Origin: a bacterium
GTDB taxonomy: Bacteria; Elusimicrobiota; Elusimicrobia; UBA1565; UBA9628
Length of the DNA: 64,000 nt
Assembly (NCBI GenBank): GCA_021799485.1
Contig: JAJZAK010000003.1
Coordinates: 29,813 to 93,812, forward strand
Direction of reading: 5' to 3'
A model generated the notes under the pieces. It ran no database searches, was not told the DNA's origin, and saw only the letters and a list, made by a program, of their open reading frames with translations. Of the stretch, positions 1 to 9,458 are shown piece after piece. Position numbers and translations under genes: made by a program. The number at the start of each line of letters is the position of its first letter. Within the stretch, counting starts at the first letter, position 1.

Positions 1-750
1 AAAAACCGCATCTTCATGGACCGGGTCGACAAGACCGGGGTCATTTCCCAGTCGGACGCGCTCGCCTACGGAATCACGGGCCCCTTCCTGCGCTCGACCG
101 GAGTCCCCTACGATGTGCGCCGCGCGCATCCTTATCTGGTCTACGACCGGCTCGACTTCGAGATTCCGGTCGGCACGACGGGCGACAATTTCGACCGCTA
201 CCTCGTGCGCTTGGCCGAGATCGAGCAGAGCCTTCGCATCATCGAGCAATGCTTCAAGCAGATTCCTCCGGGCAAGCACTCCCTGGAGGCGGCCGAGATG
301 AAGAACGCCTACGAATTCGAGGACGCCGGCAAATTCGGCGATACCGCGCTTCTCAAGAAATACGCGGCCAAGGTCGACCAGACCCTTGAGGGCGGGGGGA
401 GGCTTCAGCACGGCGACATCGACAGCCCAAGCCGCTCCGCGGTGCTCCCGCCCAAGGAGGAGACCTACGGCAACATCGAGGGCCTGATGAATCACTTCGA
501 GCTCATCATGTGGAGCTGGGGGATCAAAATTCCCGCGGGGGAGACTTACATCGCGGTCGAGGGCGGCAACGGCGAGCTGGGTTTTCACATCGTGAGCGAC
601 GGCTCGGACAGGCCGTATCGCGTGCGGTGCCGCCCCCCCTGCCTCTACATCATGGCGGCCCTGCCGATCCTCCTCAAGGATTCCTACATCGCGGACATCA
701 TCCCGACCTTCGGCTCCGTGAACATGATCGGAGGGGAGCTGGATCGATGA
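1..750 (+). CDS. nuoD: NADH-quinone oxidoreductase subunit D, 5' partial
   Basis: Frame open from base 1 (KNRIFMDR); GITGPFLRSTG, GELGFHIVSDG, PYRVRCRPP, C-terminal GELDR. Confidence 0.95.
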   Translation, partial: KNRIFMDRVDKTGVISQSDALAYGITGPFLRSTGVPYDVRRAHPYLVYDRLDFEIPVGTTGDNFDRYLVRLAEIEQSLRIIEQCFKQIPPGKHSLEAAEMKNAYEFEDAGKFGDTALLKKYAAKVDQTLEGGGRLQHGDIDSPSRSAVLPPKEETYGNIEGLMNHFELIMWSWGIKIPAGETYIAVEGGNGELGFHIVSDGSDRPYRVRCRPPCLYIMAALPILLKDSYIADIIPTFGSVNMIGGELDR

Positions 751-2555
751 GCTCCGGGAGCCCCGTTTTTTCGGCGGAGGAGGAAAAGACTCTCAAGGCC
801 TGGACCACGCGGTTTCCCCATCCGAACATGGGCCTCATCGAAGCCCTGCGCCAGGTCCAGGAATGGCGCCGCCACATCGGGACCGCGGAAGAGTCGCGCT
901 TGGCGGAGATGTTCGGTCTGCCCCTGGGCCGGGTCCACGAAGTCGCGACCTTTTTCCCGTTCTTCACCCAAAAGCCTACGGGACGGCGCCGAATCGGCGT
1001 CTGCCGGGGGCTTTCCTGCGAGCTCGCGGGCACGAACAAGGCGGTTCGGGCGCTCGGGGAGAAGTTGGGCGTCGGCCCGGGCGAGACGACCCCCGACGGG
1101 GAGTGGAGCTTCGAGGAGATGGAATGCCTTGGCGCCTGCGAGATGGCGCCGGCGGCGATCGTCAACGAAGAGCTTGTCGGCGCCGCGACGGAGGAGACGG
1201 CGCGGCGCATCGTCGCCGAGCCTGGAAAGGATTTCAGGCCCCAGACCGTTATCGGCCCCGAGTCGACGGAGCATCGCCTCTTGACGGGGCGCTTCGGGGA
1301 GCCGGGCCTCGAGACCTTGGACGGCTATCGGAGGGCCGGCGGCTACGAGATTCTTAAGAAGGCGGTCGAGATGGGCCCCGCTAAGATCATGGAGGAGGTC
1401 AAGAAGTCGAATCTTCGCGGCCTGGGAGGCGCCGGCTTTCCGACGGGGATGAAATGGGGAACGGTGCCCCCGAAGGAGAAGATGCCGGGCCCGCGCTACG
1501 TCGTCGTCAACTCGGATGAGTCCGAGCCGGGATGCTTCAAGGACCGCGTCCTCATCGAGAACTGCCCCCATGGGCTCATCGAGGGGCTCTTGATCGCCTC
1601 GCTCGCGATCGGGGCGGAGGAGTCCTTCATCTTCATCCGCGGCGAGTACAAGAGGCAGCACCATATTTTGGAGAAGGCCCTGGCCGAGGCGGAGAAGGCG
1701 GGGTTGATGGGGAAAAACATTCTCGGCAAGGATTTTTCCTGCGCGATCAAGCTCACGCGGGGCGCGGGCGCCTACATTTCCGGTCTCGACACCGCGCTTC
1801 TCGAGACGATGGAGGGCAAGAAGGCCTGGCCCCGCCAGCCTCCGCCGTTTCCGACCACGCACGGTCTCATGAATCGTCCCACGGTCGTCAACAACGTCGA
1901 GACGCTCATGATGCTGCCGCCGCTTCTTCGGATCGGCGGCGAGGCCTTCGCCAAGATGGGAACGGCGAAATGCGGCGGGACCGCGGTCTTTTCGATCAGC
2001 GGCCACGTGGAGCGGCCCGGGGTCTATGAATTTCCGATGGGGACGCCGCTTCGCCGCATGATCGAGGCCGCGGGCGGCATCAAGGGCGGGCGCAAGCTCA
2101 AGGCCGTCATCCCCGGCGGCGCTTCGACGCCGGTCTTGACCGCCGCCGAGATCGACGTGGCGATGGATTTCGACAGCCTGCGCGGCGTGGGATCCTTCTT
2201 GGGCGCGGGCGGGATCATGGTGCTTGACGAGACCGTGAACATGGCCTTCGTCGCGAGGAACATCGAGCGTTTCTTGGCTCACGAATCCTGCGGGCAGTGC
2301 ACGCCTTGCCGCGAGGGAAGCGAGTGGACCGTGCGCATTCTCGATCGGCTGATCGAAGGCGAGGGATGCCCGGAGGATGTCGTTAATTTGGATCGAACGG
2401 GGGAGAATATCGCCGGCAAGGTCATCTGCGCCCTGGGCGACACCGTCGGCTCGGTCACGCGCGCCATGATGAAGAAATTTCCCGAAGATTTCAAATCAGA
2501 AGCCGGGGAGCGGAGTTCGGGGGCCGGCAAGCAGCCGGCGGGGACCGCGGCATGA
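747..2555 (+). CDS. nuoEF: Fused NADH-quinone oxidoreductase subunits E and F
   Basis: ATGA overlap with nuoD stop; NuoE CRGLSC...CLGAC followed in frame by NuoF LRGLGGAGFPTGMKW, NSDESEPG, ESCGQCTPCREG. Confidence 0.92.
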   Translation: MSSGSPVFSAEEEKTLKAWTTRFPHPNMGLIEALRQVQEWRRHIGTAEESRLAEMFGLPLGRVHEVATFFPFFTQKPTGRRRIGVCRGLSCELAGTNKAVRALGEKLGVGPGETTPDGEWSFEEMECLGACEMAPAAIVNEELVGAATEETARRIVAEPGKDFRPQTVIGPESTEHRLLTGRFGEPGLETLDGYRRAGGYEILKKAVEMGPAKIMEEVKKSNLRGLGGAGFPTGMKWGTVPPKEKMPGPRYVVVNSDESEPGCFKDRVLIENCPHGLIEGLLIASLAIGAEESFIFIRGEYKRQHHILEKALAEAEKAGLMGKNILGKDFSCAIKLTRGAGAYISGLDTALLETMEGKKAWPRQPPPFPTTHGLMNRPTVVNNVETLMMLPPLLRIGGEAFAKMGTAKCGGTAVFSISGHVERPGVYEFPMGTPLRRMIEAAGGIKGGRKLKAVIPGGASTPVLTAAEIDVAMDFDSLRGVGSFLGAGGIMVLDETVNMAFVARNIERFLAHESCGQCTPCREGSEWTVRILDRLIEGEGCPEDVVNLDRTGENIAGKVICALGDTVGSVTRAMMKKFPEDFKSEAGERSSGAGKQPAGTAA

Positions 2556-4108
2556 GCGAGAAGAAAATGGTCTCGTTGACGATCGACGGGAAGCCCGTCT
2601 CCGTGCCGGAGGGCACTCTCGTCATCGAGGCGGCGCGGGCGCTTGGCATCAAGATCCCCCATTACTGCTATCACCGCGGCCTGGGCAATCCGGGCAATTG
2701 CCGCATCTGCGCCTGCGAGTTCGAGGGGGCGCCCAAGCCCATCCAGATGTCCTGCCGCACGATCGCGGCCGAGGGCATGAAGGTGAGGACGTCCTCGCCG
2801 AACGCCCGGCGCTACCAGGCCTCCTCTCTTGAATTCCATCTTGAAAATCACCCGCTTGACTGCCCCGTCTGCGACCAGTCGGGGGAATGCAAGCTCCAGG
2901 ACTACTACATGCAGTACGGGCTCTATGGGAGCGAAGTGCGCGAGGACAAGCTCCACAAGGGCAAGCGCATCCCGATCGGCCCTCATGTGATGCTCGACCA
3001 GGAGCGCTGCATCCTCTGCACGCGCTGTACGCGCTTCACGGACAATGTCACGAAGACCCATGAGCTGGGCATCTTCGGGCGGGGGCACCAGGAGAGAGTG
3101 GAGCTCGCGCCGGGCCGCTCTCTCGACAACGCCTATTCCGGGAACGTCGTCGACATCTGCCCGGTGGGCGCGCTCACGGACCGCGACTTCCGTTTCAGGG
3201 TGCGGGTATGGTACCTCGACGAGACGGAATCCATCTGTCCCGGCTGCGCCCGCGGCTGTTCGATCGACGTCCATACGAACACGAAGCGCCCATGGCATAA
3301 TGAAGGACGCCGTGTGGCGAGGCTTAAGCCGCGGGAAAATCCGGAGGTCAACGGCTTCTGGATCTGCGACGAGGGCCGCTACGGCTACAAGAACCTAGAC
3401 GAGCGCCGCCTGGGCCGCGTCATGCGCCTGAAGCCCCGGCCCGAGGACCTCTCCTGGAGCTCGGCGCTGGACGAAGTCGCCCGCGGGATCAAGGAAGCTT
3501 CGGCGGCCAAGGGGACGGAGGGGCTCGTGGTCGTCGCCTCCGGCATGCTTTCCAACGAGGACTGGTCTTCCTTCAAAGAGCTTTTCGTCAAGACGCTCAA
3601 GATCGGCCGTTTTCTTTTCGGCCCGGAGCCGGATCAGATCGGCGCCGAAGACGATTTCCTGCGGCGCAAGGAGAAGGTTCCGAATCTCCGCGGCGGGCTC
3701 GATCTGGGTTTCGGCAAGGAAATCAAGAGCCTTTCGTGGGATGATCTGGCGAAATCAATCGAGTCCGGAAAGACCTGGGGCCTTTACGTCGTCGAGCGCG
3801 ACCCCGCCAAGGTTTGGGGATCGGAGCGCGCCAAGGCTTTGCTGGACAAGCTGGATTTCATGGCCTTTCAGAGCCCTTTTAAAGGAGAGGCCGGCGAATG
3901 GGCGCGGTATCGGCTCCCGGCCACGGCCTATGTCGAGGAGGAGGGGCATTTCACCAATTTCGAGGGCAAGGTCCAAAAGTACGGCAAAGCCCTGGAGCCT
4001 CTGGGCTCGGCCCGGCCCGACTGGCAAATCTTCGACGATCTGCGCGCGCGGTTCCTGTCGGAAGAAGGAAGCTCCGGACGCCGCGAGAAGGCGGGCGCTC
4101 TGGCGTGA
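2552..4108 (+). CDS. nuoG: NADH-quinone oxidoreductase subunit G (short, 518 aa)
   Basis: CYH..GNCRIC, HPLDCPVCDQSGEC, CILCTRC, CPVGAL, CPGCARGC..ICDEGR Fe-S motifs. Confidence 0.92.
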   Translation: MSEKKMVSLTIDGKPVSVPEGTLVIEAARALGIKIPHYCYHRGLGNPGNCRICACEFEGAPKPIQMSCRTIAAEGMKVRTSSPNARRYQASSLEFHLENHPLDCPVCDQSGECKLQDYYMQYGLYGSEVREDKLHKGKRIPIGPHVMLDQERCILCTRCTRFTDNVTKTHELGIFGRGHQERVELAPGRSLDNAYSGNVVDICPVGALTDRDFRFRVRVWYLDETESICPGCARGCSIDVHTNTKRPWHNEGRRVARLKPRENPEVNGFWICDEGRYGYKNLDERRLGRVMRLKPRPEDLSWSSALDEVARGIKEASAAKGTEGLVVVASGMLSNEDWSSFKELFVKTLKIGRFLFGPEPDQIGAEDDFLRRKEKVPNLRGGLDLGFGKEIKSLSWDDLAKSIESGKTWGLYVVERDPAKVWGSERAKALLDKLDFMAFQSPFKGEAGEWARYRLPATAYVEEEGHFTNFEGKVQKYGKALEPLGSARPDWQIFDDLRARFLSEEGSSGRREKAGALA

Positions 4109-5160
4109 GCCCGCTTTTGACCTCCGTCCTTTGGACCTTGATCAAGGTCGCCTTCGCGCTTTTCGCGGTGGGCTTGAACATCGCGGGGCTGCTGGGCTGG
4201 GTCGAAAGAAAGCAGAGCGCCGTCCTTCAAGACCGCATCGGCGCCAACCGCGCCGACATCCTGGGTTTCAGGATCTTGGGCCTTTTCCATCCTATCGCGG
4301 ACGCGGTCAAGATGCTGACGAAGGAGGATTTCGTCCCGACCGGAGTCAACCGCCTCTTCCATACGATGGCGCCGTGCTTTTCATTGGGATTCGCCTTCCT
4401 GGGCCTGGCGGCCATTCCCTACGGCGGCGTCGTCCACGTCGCCGGAAAGGCCTGGAGCCTGGTCCCGATCGAGAGTCCGGTCGGCCTCCTCTTCGTCCTC
4501 GCGATGCTGGGCCTTGGACTCCATGGCGTCATGATGGCGGGCTGGGCCTCCAACTCCAACTACGCGTTGCTGGGAGGCCTGCGGGGCGCCGCGCAGATGA
4601 TCTCCTATGAAATCTGCATGGGCGCCATTCTCGCGGCGCCGGCCTTCCTTTATGGGACGCTCGACCTCGAGACCATGGTCGAGAAACAGGGTGGTTTTTT
4701 GTGGGGGATGATCCCCAACTGGGGGTGTTTCACCCAGCCCCTCGCCTTCATCCTGTTTTTGGTGGCGGGCACCGCGCTCTCGAAGCGGACTCCCTTCGAC
4801 CTTCCCGAGGGAGAGGCCGAGATCGTGGGCTACCACGTCGAGTATTCCGGCATGAAGTTCGGGATGTTCCTCATGACGGATTTTATCGAGACGATCGTCG
4901 TCTCGGGGCTCGCGGTCGCGATCTTCCTGGGAGGATGGCAAATCCCGGGGATGGCGCTCGACGGGCTCTCGGGCGCGGTCCTGATGCTCGCGAGCTTCAT
5001 AACGAAATTGCTGGCCGTTCTCTTCGTCCTCATGCAGATCCGCTGGACGCTCCCCCGCTTCCGCTTCGACCAACTCTTGAGCCTCGGCTGGAAGAACATT
5101 CTCCCCCTGGCGCTCGCCAACTTTCTCGTCACGATCTGGGGGATCTATCTATGGCGATGA
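4105..5160 (+). CDS. nuoH: NADH-quinone oxidoreductase subunit H
   Basis: GTGA overlap; WVERK..QDRIG, ADAVKMLTKED, RTPFDLPEGEAE, RWTLPRFRFDQL. Confidence 0.95.
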   Translation: MSPLLTSVLWTLIKVAFALFAVGLNIAGLLGWVERKQSAVLQDRIGANRADILGFRILGLFHPIADAVKMLTKEDFVPTGVNRLFHTMAPCFSLGFAFLGLAAIPYGGVVHVAGKAWSLVPIESPVGLLFVLAMLGLGLHGVMMAGWASNSNYALLGGLRGAAQMISYEICMGAILAAPAFLYGTLDLETMVEKQGGFLWGMIPNWGCFTQPLAFILFLVAGTALSKRTPFDLPEGEAEIVGYHVEYSGMKFGMFLMTDFIETIVVSGLAVAIFLGGWQIPGMALDGLSGAVLMLASFITKLLAVLFVLMQIRWTLPRFRFDQLLSLGWKNILPLALANFLVTIWGIYLWR

Positions 5161-5738
5161 CCGTCCGCGAGGTCTCGCGCCCCGCCCGATCCTTCATGGA
5201 ACAGATCTTCCTGTGGGAAGTCTGCGTGGGCCTCATGGTGACGTTCCGGCATTTCTTCGTCAACCTCGCGCGGCACGCCCTGCGCGCCCTGGGACTCAAG
5301 GTCGAGCCGGGGGCCGTCACGATCCAATATCCCGAGGATCCCGCGGTTCTGGGAAAACGCGCCCGCACTCGCCATCGGCTCTTGAAGCGCGCGGACGGCT
5401 CGCCGCGCTGCACGTCCTGCCTCCTCTGCGAGACGATCTGCCCCGCGAAATGCATCCATATCACGCCCGAGGAAAGCCCGGACCCCCGAATCGAGAAGCG
5501 CGCGAAGACCTTCGACATCGACATCGGGCTGTGCATTTTCTGCGGCTACTGCGTCGAGGCCTGTCCGGTGGACGCGATCCACATGGACGCCAACAAAGTC
5601 GAGCTTTCAAGCTACACGCGCGAGGACATGATCTGGACGATGCCCGAGCTCATGGACGACGTCCCGAAGCTTCCCCGCGCGCTGCGCCCCGCCCCCGGCA
5701 TCGGCCCGACCGTTCCTTTCGTCTCTGGATCGCATTAA
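5151..5738 (+). CDS. nuoI: NADH-quinone oxidoreductase subunit I
   Basis: VTIQYPE; two CxxCxxCxxxCP motifs (CTSCLLCETICP, CIFCGYCVEACP). Confidence 0.95.
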   Translation: MAMTVREVSRPARSFMEQIFLWEVCVGLMVTFRHFFVNLARHALRALGLKVEPGAVTIQYPEDPAVLGKRARTRHRLLKRADGSPRCTSCLLCETICPAKCIHITPEESPDPRIEKRAKTFDIDIGLCIFCGYCVEACPVDAIHMDANKVELSSYTREDMIWTMPELMDDVPKLPRALRPAPGIGPTVPFVSGSH

Positions 5739-5756
5739 GGCGTGGCATAGGCCGCT

Positions 5757-5780
5757 CCGGGCGATGCCCGGGATCTTTCT
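5757..5780 (+). terminator. Possible weak intrinsic terminator after nuoI
   Basis: CCGGGC-GAT-GCCCGG hairpin followed by GATCTTTCT; U-tract imperfect. Confidence 0.3.
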
Positions 5781-5791
5781 GCCGTTCTTTC

Positions 5792-5820
5792 TTGACATGG
5801 GCGAAGGCGACTGTTACACT
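5792..5820 (+). promoter_or_regulatory. Sigma70-type promoter for the radical SAM-DAC-DHH operon
   Basis: TTGACA-17 nt-TACACT with extended -10 TG, 20 nt before the ATG at 5841. Confidence 0.8.
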
Positions 5821-5840
5821 CCTCGGCGCAGCCCCTTAAA

Positions 5841-7436
5841 ATGCCCGCCGCCGTCCGACACGACGAACTCGAAACGATCAGCGTCAAGCCGACCTTGATC
5901 GGCCGCGAGCCTTATCTCCCCTCCGAACCGCCCCCCAAGACCCGCATCCTGCTCCTCGAGCCCTTCTATCCGGCGGAGGCGAAGTGGGGAAGCCTCAAGA
6001 CCGAGCAGGGCTTCCTGCCGCCGATCGGCCTCATCTCGATGTATTCGTGGCTGCGCTGGAAGGGCTTCGACGTGGACTTCCAGGACACGCAGTTCGGCCA
6101 GTTCACCGAGGCCTCCCTGCGGGAGTATCTGCGGCGCGGACGCTACGAGATCGTCGGCATCCCGGTGTTCACGCCGACCGCGGACTACTGCTTCTGGACG
6201 GCGAGACTCTGCCGGGAGGTCCTGCCGGACTGCAAGATCGTCTTCGGCAACATCCACGCGAGCTCGACGCCCAAGCTGACGATGGAGCAATGCCCGGAGT
6301 GCGACTTCATCGTCCGCCATGAGGGGGAATACACTTTCGAAGAGCTCGTCCGCGCTCTCGCCCGCGGCGCCTCGCCCGACTTCGCCGCCATCCGCGGCCT
6401 CGTCTGGCGCCGCGGCGGCGAGATCGTCGTCAACCAGGATCGCCCCCTCATCGGCGACTTGGACACCCTCCCTCCGGGATTTTATTCCGACCTGGATCTC
6501 GCCGGCTACGTCCCGCACGTCACCCAGTACAGCGTGCTCCCGAACTACCCCCTCATCACCCAGCGCGGCTGCCCCTATCCCTGCAGCTATTGCGAGGCCT
6601 CCAACATCCTGGGCAAGAAGCAAAGAGTCTACAGCCCCGCCCGCGTCGTCGAGGAGCTCAAGATTCTCAAGGAGAAAAAGGGCGCGCGCGGGATCTATTT
6701 CCAGGACTCGACTTTCACGATGAACCGCAAATACACGGTCGAGCTCCTAAGCCTCATGATCAAGGAGAAGCTGGGCCTCCTTTGGACCTGCAACACGCGC
6801 ACCGACCGGGTCGATCCCGAGCTCCTCGCCATGATGCGCGAGGCGGGCTGCCGGACGATTTTCTACGGCATCGAGTCGGGCAACCCGGAGTCCCTGAAGG
6901 TCATCCACAAGCAGTGCACGGTCGAGCAGCAGACCCGCGGCGCGATGTGGACCCACGAGGCCGGCATCCGGATGCTGTGCAACTACATCATCTGCCTTCC
7001 GGGGGAGGATGAAAAGATGGTGGAAAACACCATCCGATACGCGCGCAGCCTCAAGAGCCAGATGGCGCTTTTCTATCTTCCCGTGCCCTTTCCCGGATCC
7101 GCCCTTTACGAGGAGTGCCGCAAGGATGGAGGCCTGATCCGTCCCGACGCCCGTTGGAGCGACTACCTCTCGATCGACTTCGACAATCCCGTCTACGTCA
7201 ATCCGAAGATCGGGAAGGAACGCATGAAGTATTGGTATCGGCGGGCCTTCCGCGATTATTATTTGACTCCGGGGGTGTGGTGGGCGAACCTGCGCCAAGT
7301 CCGCTCCGCGCATGACGCGAGGCGCCTCCTGCGCGGGGGGCGGGCGCTTTCGATTCTGCTTGGATCGGGGATCCGGAGCCTCCTCAAGGGGTTCAACCGC
7401 GGCTACCATGGACAGGCGGCCCCGATCATCGACTAG
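5841..7436 (+). CDS. Cobalamin-binding radical SAM protein
   Basis: N-terminal B12-binding-like domain (PPIGL, GNIHAS, EGEYTF), RGCPYPCSYC CxxxCxxC, GIESG, PFPGS. Confidence 0.9.
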   Translation: MPAAVRHDELETISVKPTLIGREPYLPSEPPPKTRILLLEPFYPAEAKWGSLKTEQGFLPPIGLISMYSWLRWKGFDVDFQDTQFGQFTEASLREYLRRGRYEIVGIPVFTPTADYCFWTARLCREVLPDCKIVFGNIHASSTPKLTMEQCPECDFIVRHEGEYTFEELVRALARGASPDFAAIRGLVWRRGGEIVVNQDRPLIGDLDTLPPGFYSDLDLAGYVPHVTQYSVLPNYPLITQRGCPYPCSYCEASNILGKKQRVYSPARVVEELKILKEKKGARGIYFQDSTFTMNRKYTVELLSLMIKEKLGLLWTCNTRTDRVDPELLAMMREAGCRTIFYGIESGNPESLKVIHKQCTVEQQTRGAMWTHEAGIRMLCNYIICLPGEDEKMVENTIRYARSLKSQMALFYLPVPFPGSALYEECRKDGGLIRPDARWSDYLSIDFDNPVYVNPKIGKERMKYWYRRAFRDYYLTPGVWWANLRQVRSAHDARRLLRGGRALSILLGSGIRSLLKGFNRGYHGQAAPIID

Positions 7437-8296
7437 TGAAAACCCCCGGTTTCCCCGACGTCCTCGATATCGGCTTCGTCGCGACCCTCGTCTACGCGCT
7501 GCTCGTGTGGTTCAAGCAGACGAAGGCCGCCTTCGTCGCCATGGGATTTTTAGCCCTTTCGGCGATCTACCTCGCGGCGCGGATCGTCGACATGCGCATG
7601 ACGACGGACATCTTCCGGGGGTTCTTCGACGTCTTCATCATCGCGATCGTCGTCATCTTCCAAGAAGAGCTCCGGCAGGCCTTCGAGCGCCTGGCTCTCC
7701 GGCTCCGGGGATTCGGCCGCGGCCCGGGCGTCGCGCCCGGGCCCAGGGAAATCGAGGTGCTCGTGAGAACGGCGGGGAAGTTCGCGCGGGAGAAGACAGG
7801 GGCGCTGATCGTCCTGCGCGGGAAAGACCCGCTGGACCGTCATCTGGAGGCGGGGTGGGATTTGGGCGGGATGATCTCCGAGGCGCTCATCGAGAGCATC
7901 TTTGACTGGCATTCTCTCGGCCACGACGGCGCGGTGGTCGTCGAGGACGGGCGCATCAGCCGCTTCGGCTGCCATCTCCCCCTCTCCAAGGAGTCCTCCA
8001 AGGTGGAGGGTTTCGGCACGCGCCACGCCGCGGCCCTCGGGCTTTCCGAGAGGACGGACGCCCTCGCGATCGTCGTCAGCGAGGAAAAGGGAACGGTGTC
8101 CGTGGCCCAGGGAGGAGAGCTCGTCTATCTGGGGGACATCGGCGCGCTCCAGGAGAAGCTCGGCGCCTTCTATGCCGCAAACGCGCCTCAGACCGCCCGC
8201 GGCAAGCTCCGGCATTTTCTGCGCCGCAACATCAAGGAAAAGCTGGCCGCCCTCGCTATCGCGATCGTCGCCTGGATGCTTCTGGTGGGCTTGTGA
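7436..8296 (+). CDS. dacA: Membrane-bound diadenylate cyclase (CdaA/DacA family)
   Basis: Three N-terminal hydrophobic helices, IFQEELR, TGALIV, HDGAVV, GTRHAAALGLSE, VVSEEKG. Confidence 0.9.
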   Translation: MKTPGFPDVLDIGFVATLVYALLVWFKQTKAAFVAMGFLALSAIYLAARIVDMRMTTDIFRGFFDVFIIAIVVIFQEELRQAFERLALRLRGFGRGPGVAPGPREIEVLVRTAGKFAREKTGALIVLRGKDPLDRHLEAGWDLGGMISEALIESIFDWHSLGHDGAVVVEDGRISRFGCHLPLSKESSKVEGFGTRHAAALGLSERTDALAIVVSEEKGTVSVAQGGELVYLGDIGALQEKLGAFYAANAPQTARGKLRHFLRRNIKEKLAALAIAIVAWMLLVGL

Positions 8297-9336
8297 TGCA
8301 AGTGACCCGCCGGGCGAAGGCCCTTCTCGATTTTCTCGCCGTCGAGGGCAAGAGGCTCTCGCCGCTTCTCATCCTCACCCACGACCATCCGGACCCCGAC
8401 GCGCTGGCCTCCGCCTGGGGGCTCGCGCATCTGGCGCGGCAGATGGGAGGCATCAGGGTTCGCATCGCCTACGGCGGCGCGATCGGCCGCGCGGAGAACA
8501 GGATGATGGCCGAAAGGCTCGGTATTCCCGCCGAAGTTTTGCGCCCTCGCGAGCTGGATTCTTTTGAGCACGCGGCCCTGGTCGACACCCAGCCCGCCTT
8601 CCGCAACAACCGCTTCCCTCCGCGCAGGAAGCCCGCCATCATCGTGGACCATCATCCGTTGAATGCCGCGACGCGGGCGGATTTCGCGTGGATCGACAAG
8701 ACGGCCGGCGCGACGACCACTCTGGTCGCGGAGGCCCTTCTCGCCTCCGGCGTGCGCGTGCCTCCCAGGCTCTCGACCGCGATCGTCTATGGGATAGGGT
8801 CCGAGACGCAGAACCTGGGGCGGGAGGCGACCGGGCGGGACCTCGCCGTCTACCAGGCCTTCTGGCCGAAGGCGAGCGTCAAGACCCTGTGGAATATTTC
8901 CTACCCGCGCCGTTCAAGCGACTTTTTCGCGACGATCACCCGGGCGATTCGTCGCGCTTTCATCGCGCGCAACGTCATCGGAACGAATCTGGGGCCGCTC
9001 AAGTCGCCGGATCGCGTGGCGCAGGTCGCGGATTTCCTTTTAACCCACGAAAACATGCGCTGGTCGATCGTCACGGGGCGCTACCGCGGCCGGCTCCACG
9101 TGTCATTGAGGACGACGGATCCGGCGGGCGCGGCGGGGCCGCTTCTGAAGAGGCTTTTGGGCGGCCGCAATCGCGCCGGGGGGCACCAGATGATCGCGGG
9201 CGGCGCGCTCGACGTCGGGGCCGACGCCTCCGAGGAGAAGTGGAGGGAGATCGAGGACGCGGTGACGCTGGCTTTCCTCGAGAGCCGCGGCGTCAAGCGC
9301 CCCGAGGACCGCGTCAGGCCCTACGAGAACGCCTAA
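8296..9336 (+). CDS. DHH/DHHA1 family phosphoesterase
   Basis: HDHPDPDALASA, LVD, VDHH, SLRT, AGGH motifs; overlaps the DAC stop. Confidence 0.88.
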   Translation: MQVTRRAKALLDFLAVEGKRLSPLLILTHDHPDPDALASAWGLAHLARQMGGIRVRIAYGGAIGRAENRMMAERLGIPAEVLRPRELDSFEHAALVDTQPAFRNNRFPPRRKPAIIVDHHPLNAATRADFAWIDKTAGATTTLVAEALLASGVRVPPRLSTAIVYGIGSETQNLGREATGRDLAVYQAFWPKASVKTLWNISYPRRSSDFFATITRAIRRAFIARNVIGTNLGPLKSPDRVAQVADFLLTHENMRWSIVTGRYRGRLHVSLRTTDPAGAAGPLLKRLLGGRNRAGGHQMIAGGALDVGADASEEKWREIEDAVTLAFLESRGVKRPEDRVRPYENA

Positions 9337-9399
9337 AGCATCAGCGGCGTTCCCGCGGGCTGCTTTTCAGCTCGACCATCGTCCTCCGCGATTTGCATA

Positions 9400-9433
9400 T
9401 TCCTGAAAAAAAGTCTTGACTTTTTTTCAGGAA
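9400..9433. repeat. Perfect 16-bp inverted repeat, operator-like
   Basis: TTCCTGAAAAAAAGTC-TT-GACTTTTTTTCAGGAA. Confidence 0.9.
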
Positions 9434-9443
9434 CCAATAAACT
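9416..9443 (+). promoter_or_regulatory. Sigma70-type promoter for the ATPase gene
   Basis: TTGACT-16 nt-TAAACT, 15 nt before the ATG at 9459. Confidence 0.6.
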
Positions 9444-9458
9444 TAGTCCGGGGCTTTC

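Noticed and set aside
510-746. Long N-terminal extensions from the ORF track (nuoEF, nuoH, nuoI, rplJ, fusA, rplN, rodA, ridA and others)
   Set aside because: They overlap the upstream gene; real starts sit at stop/start overlaps where homology begins
7052-7064. CTGCCTTCCGG as another copy of the palindromic repeat
   Set aside because: No hairpin partner; it encodes the conserved radical SAM LPGE motif
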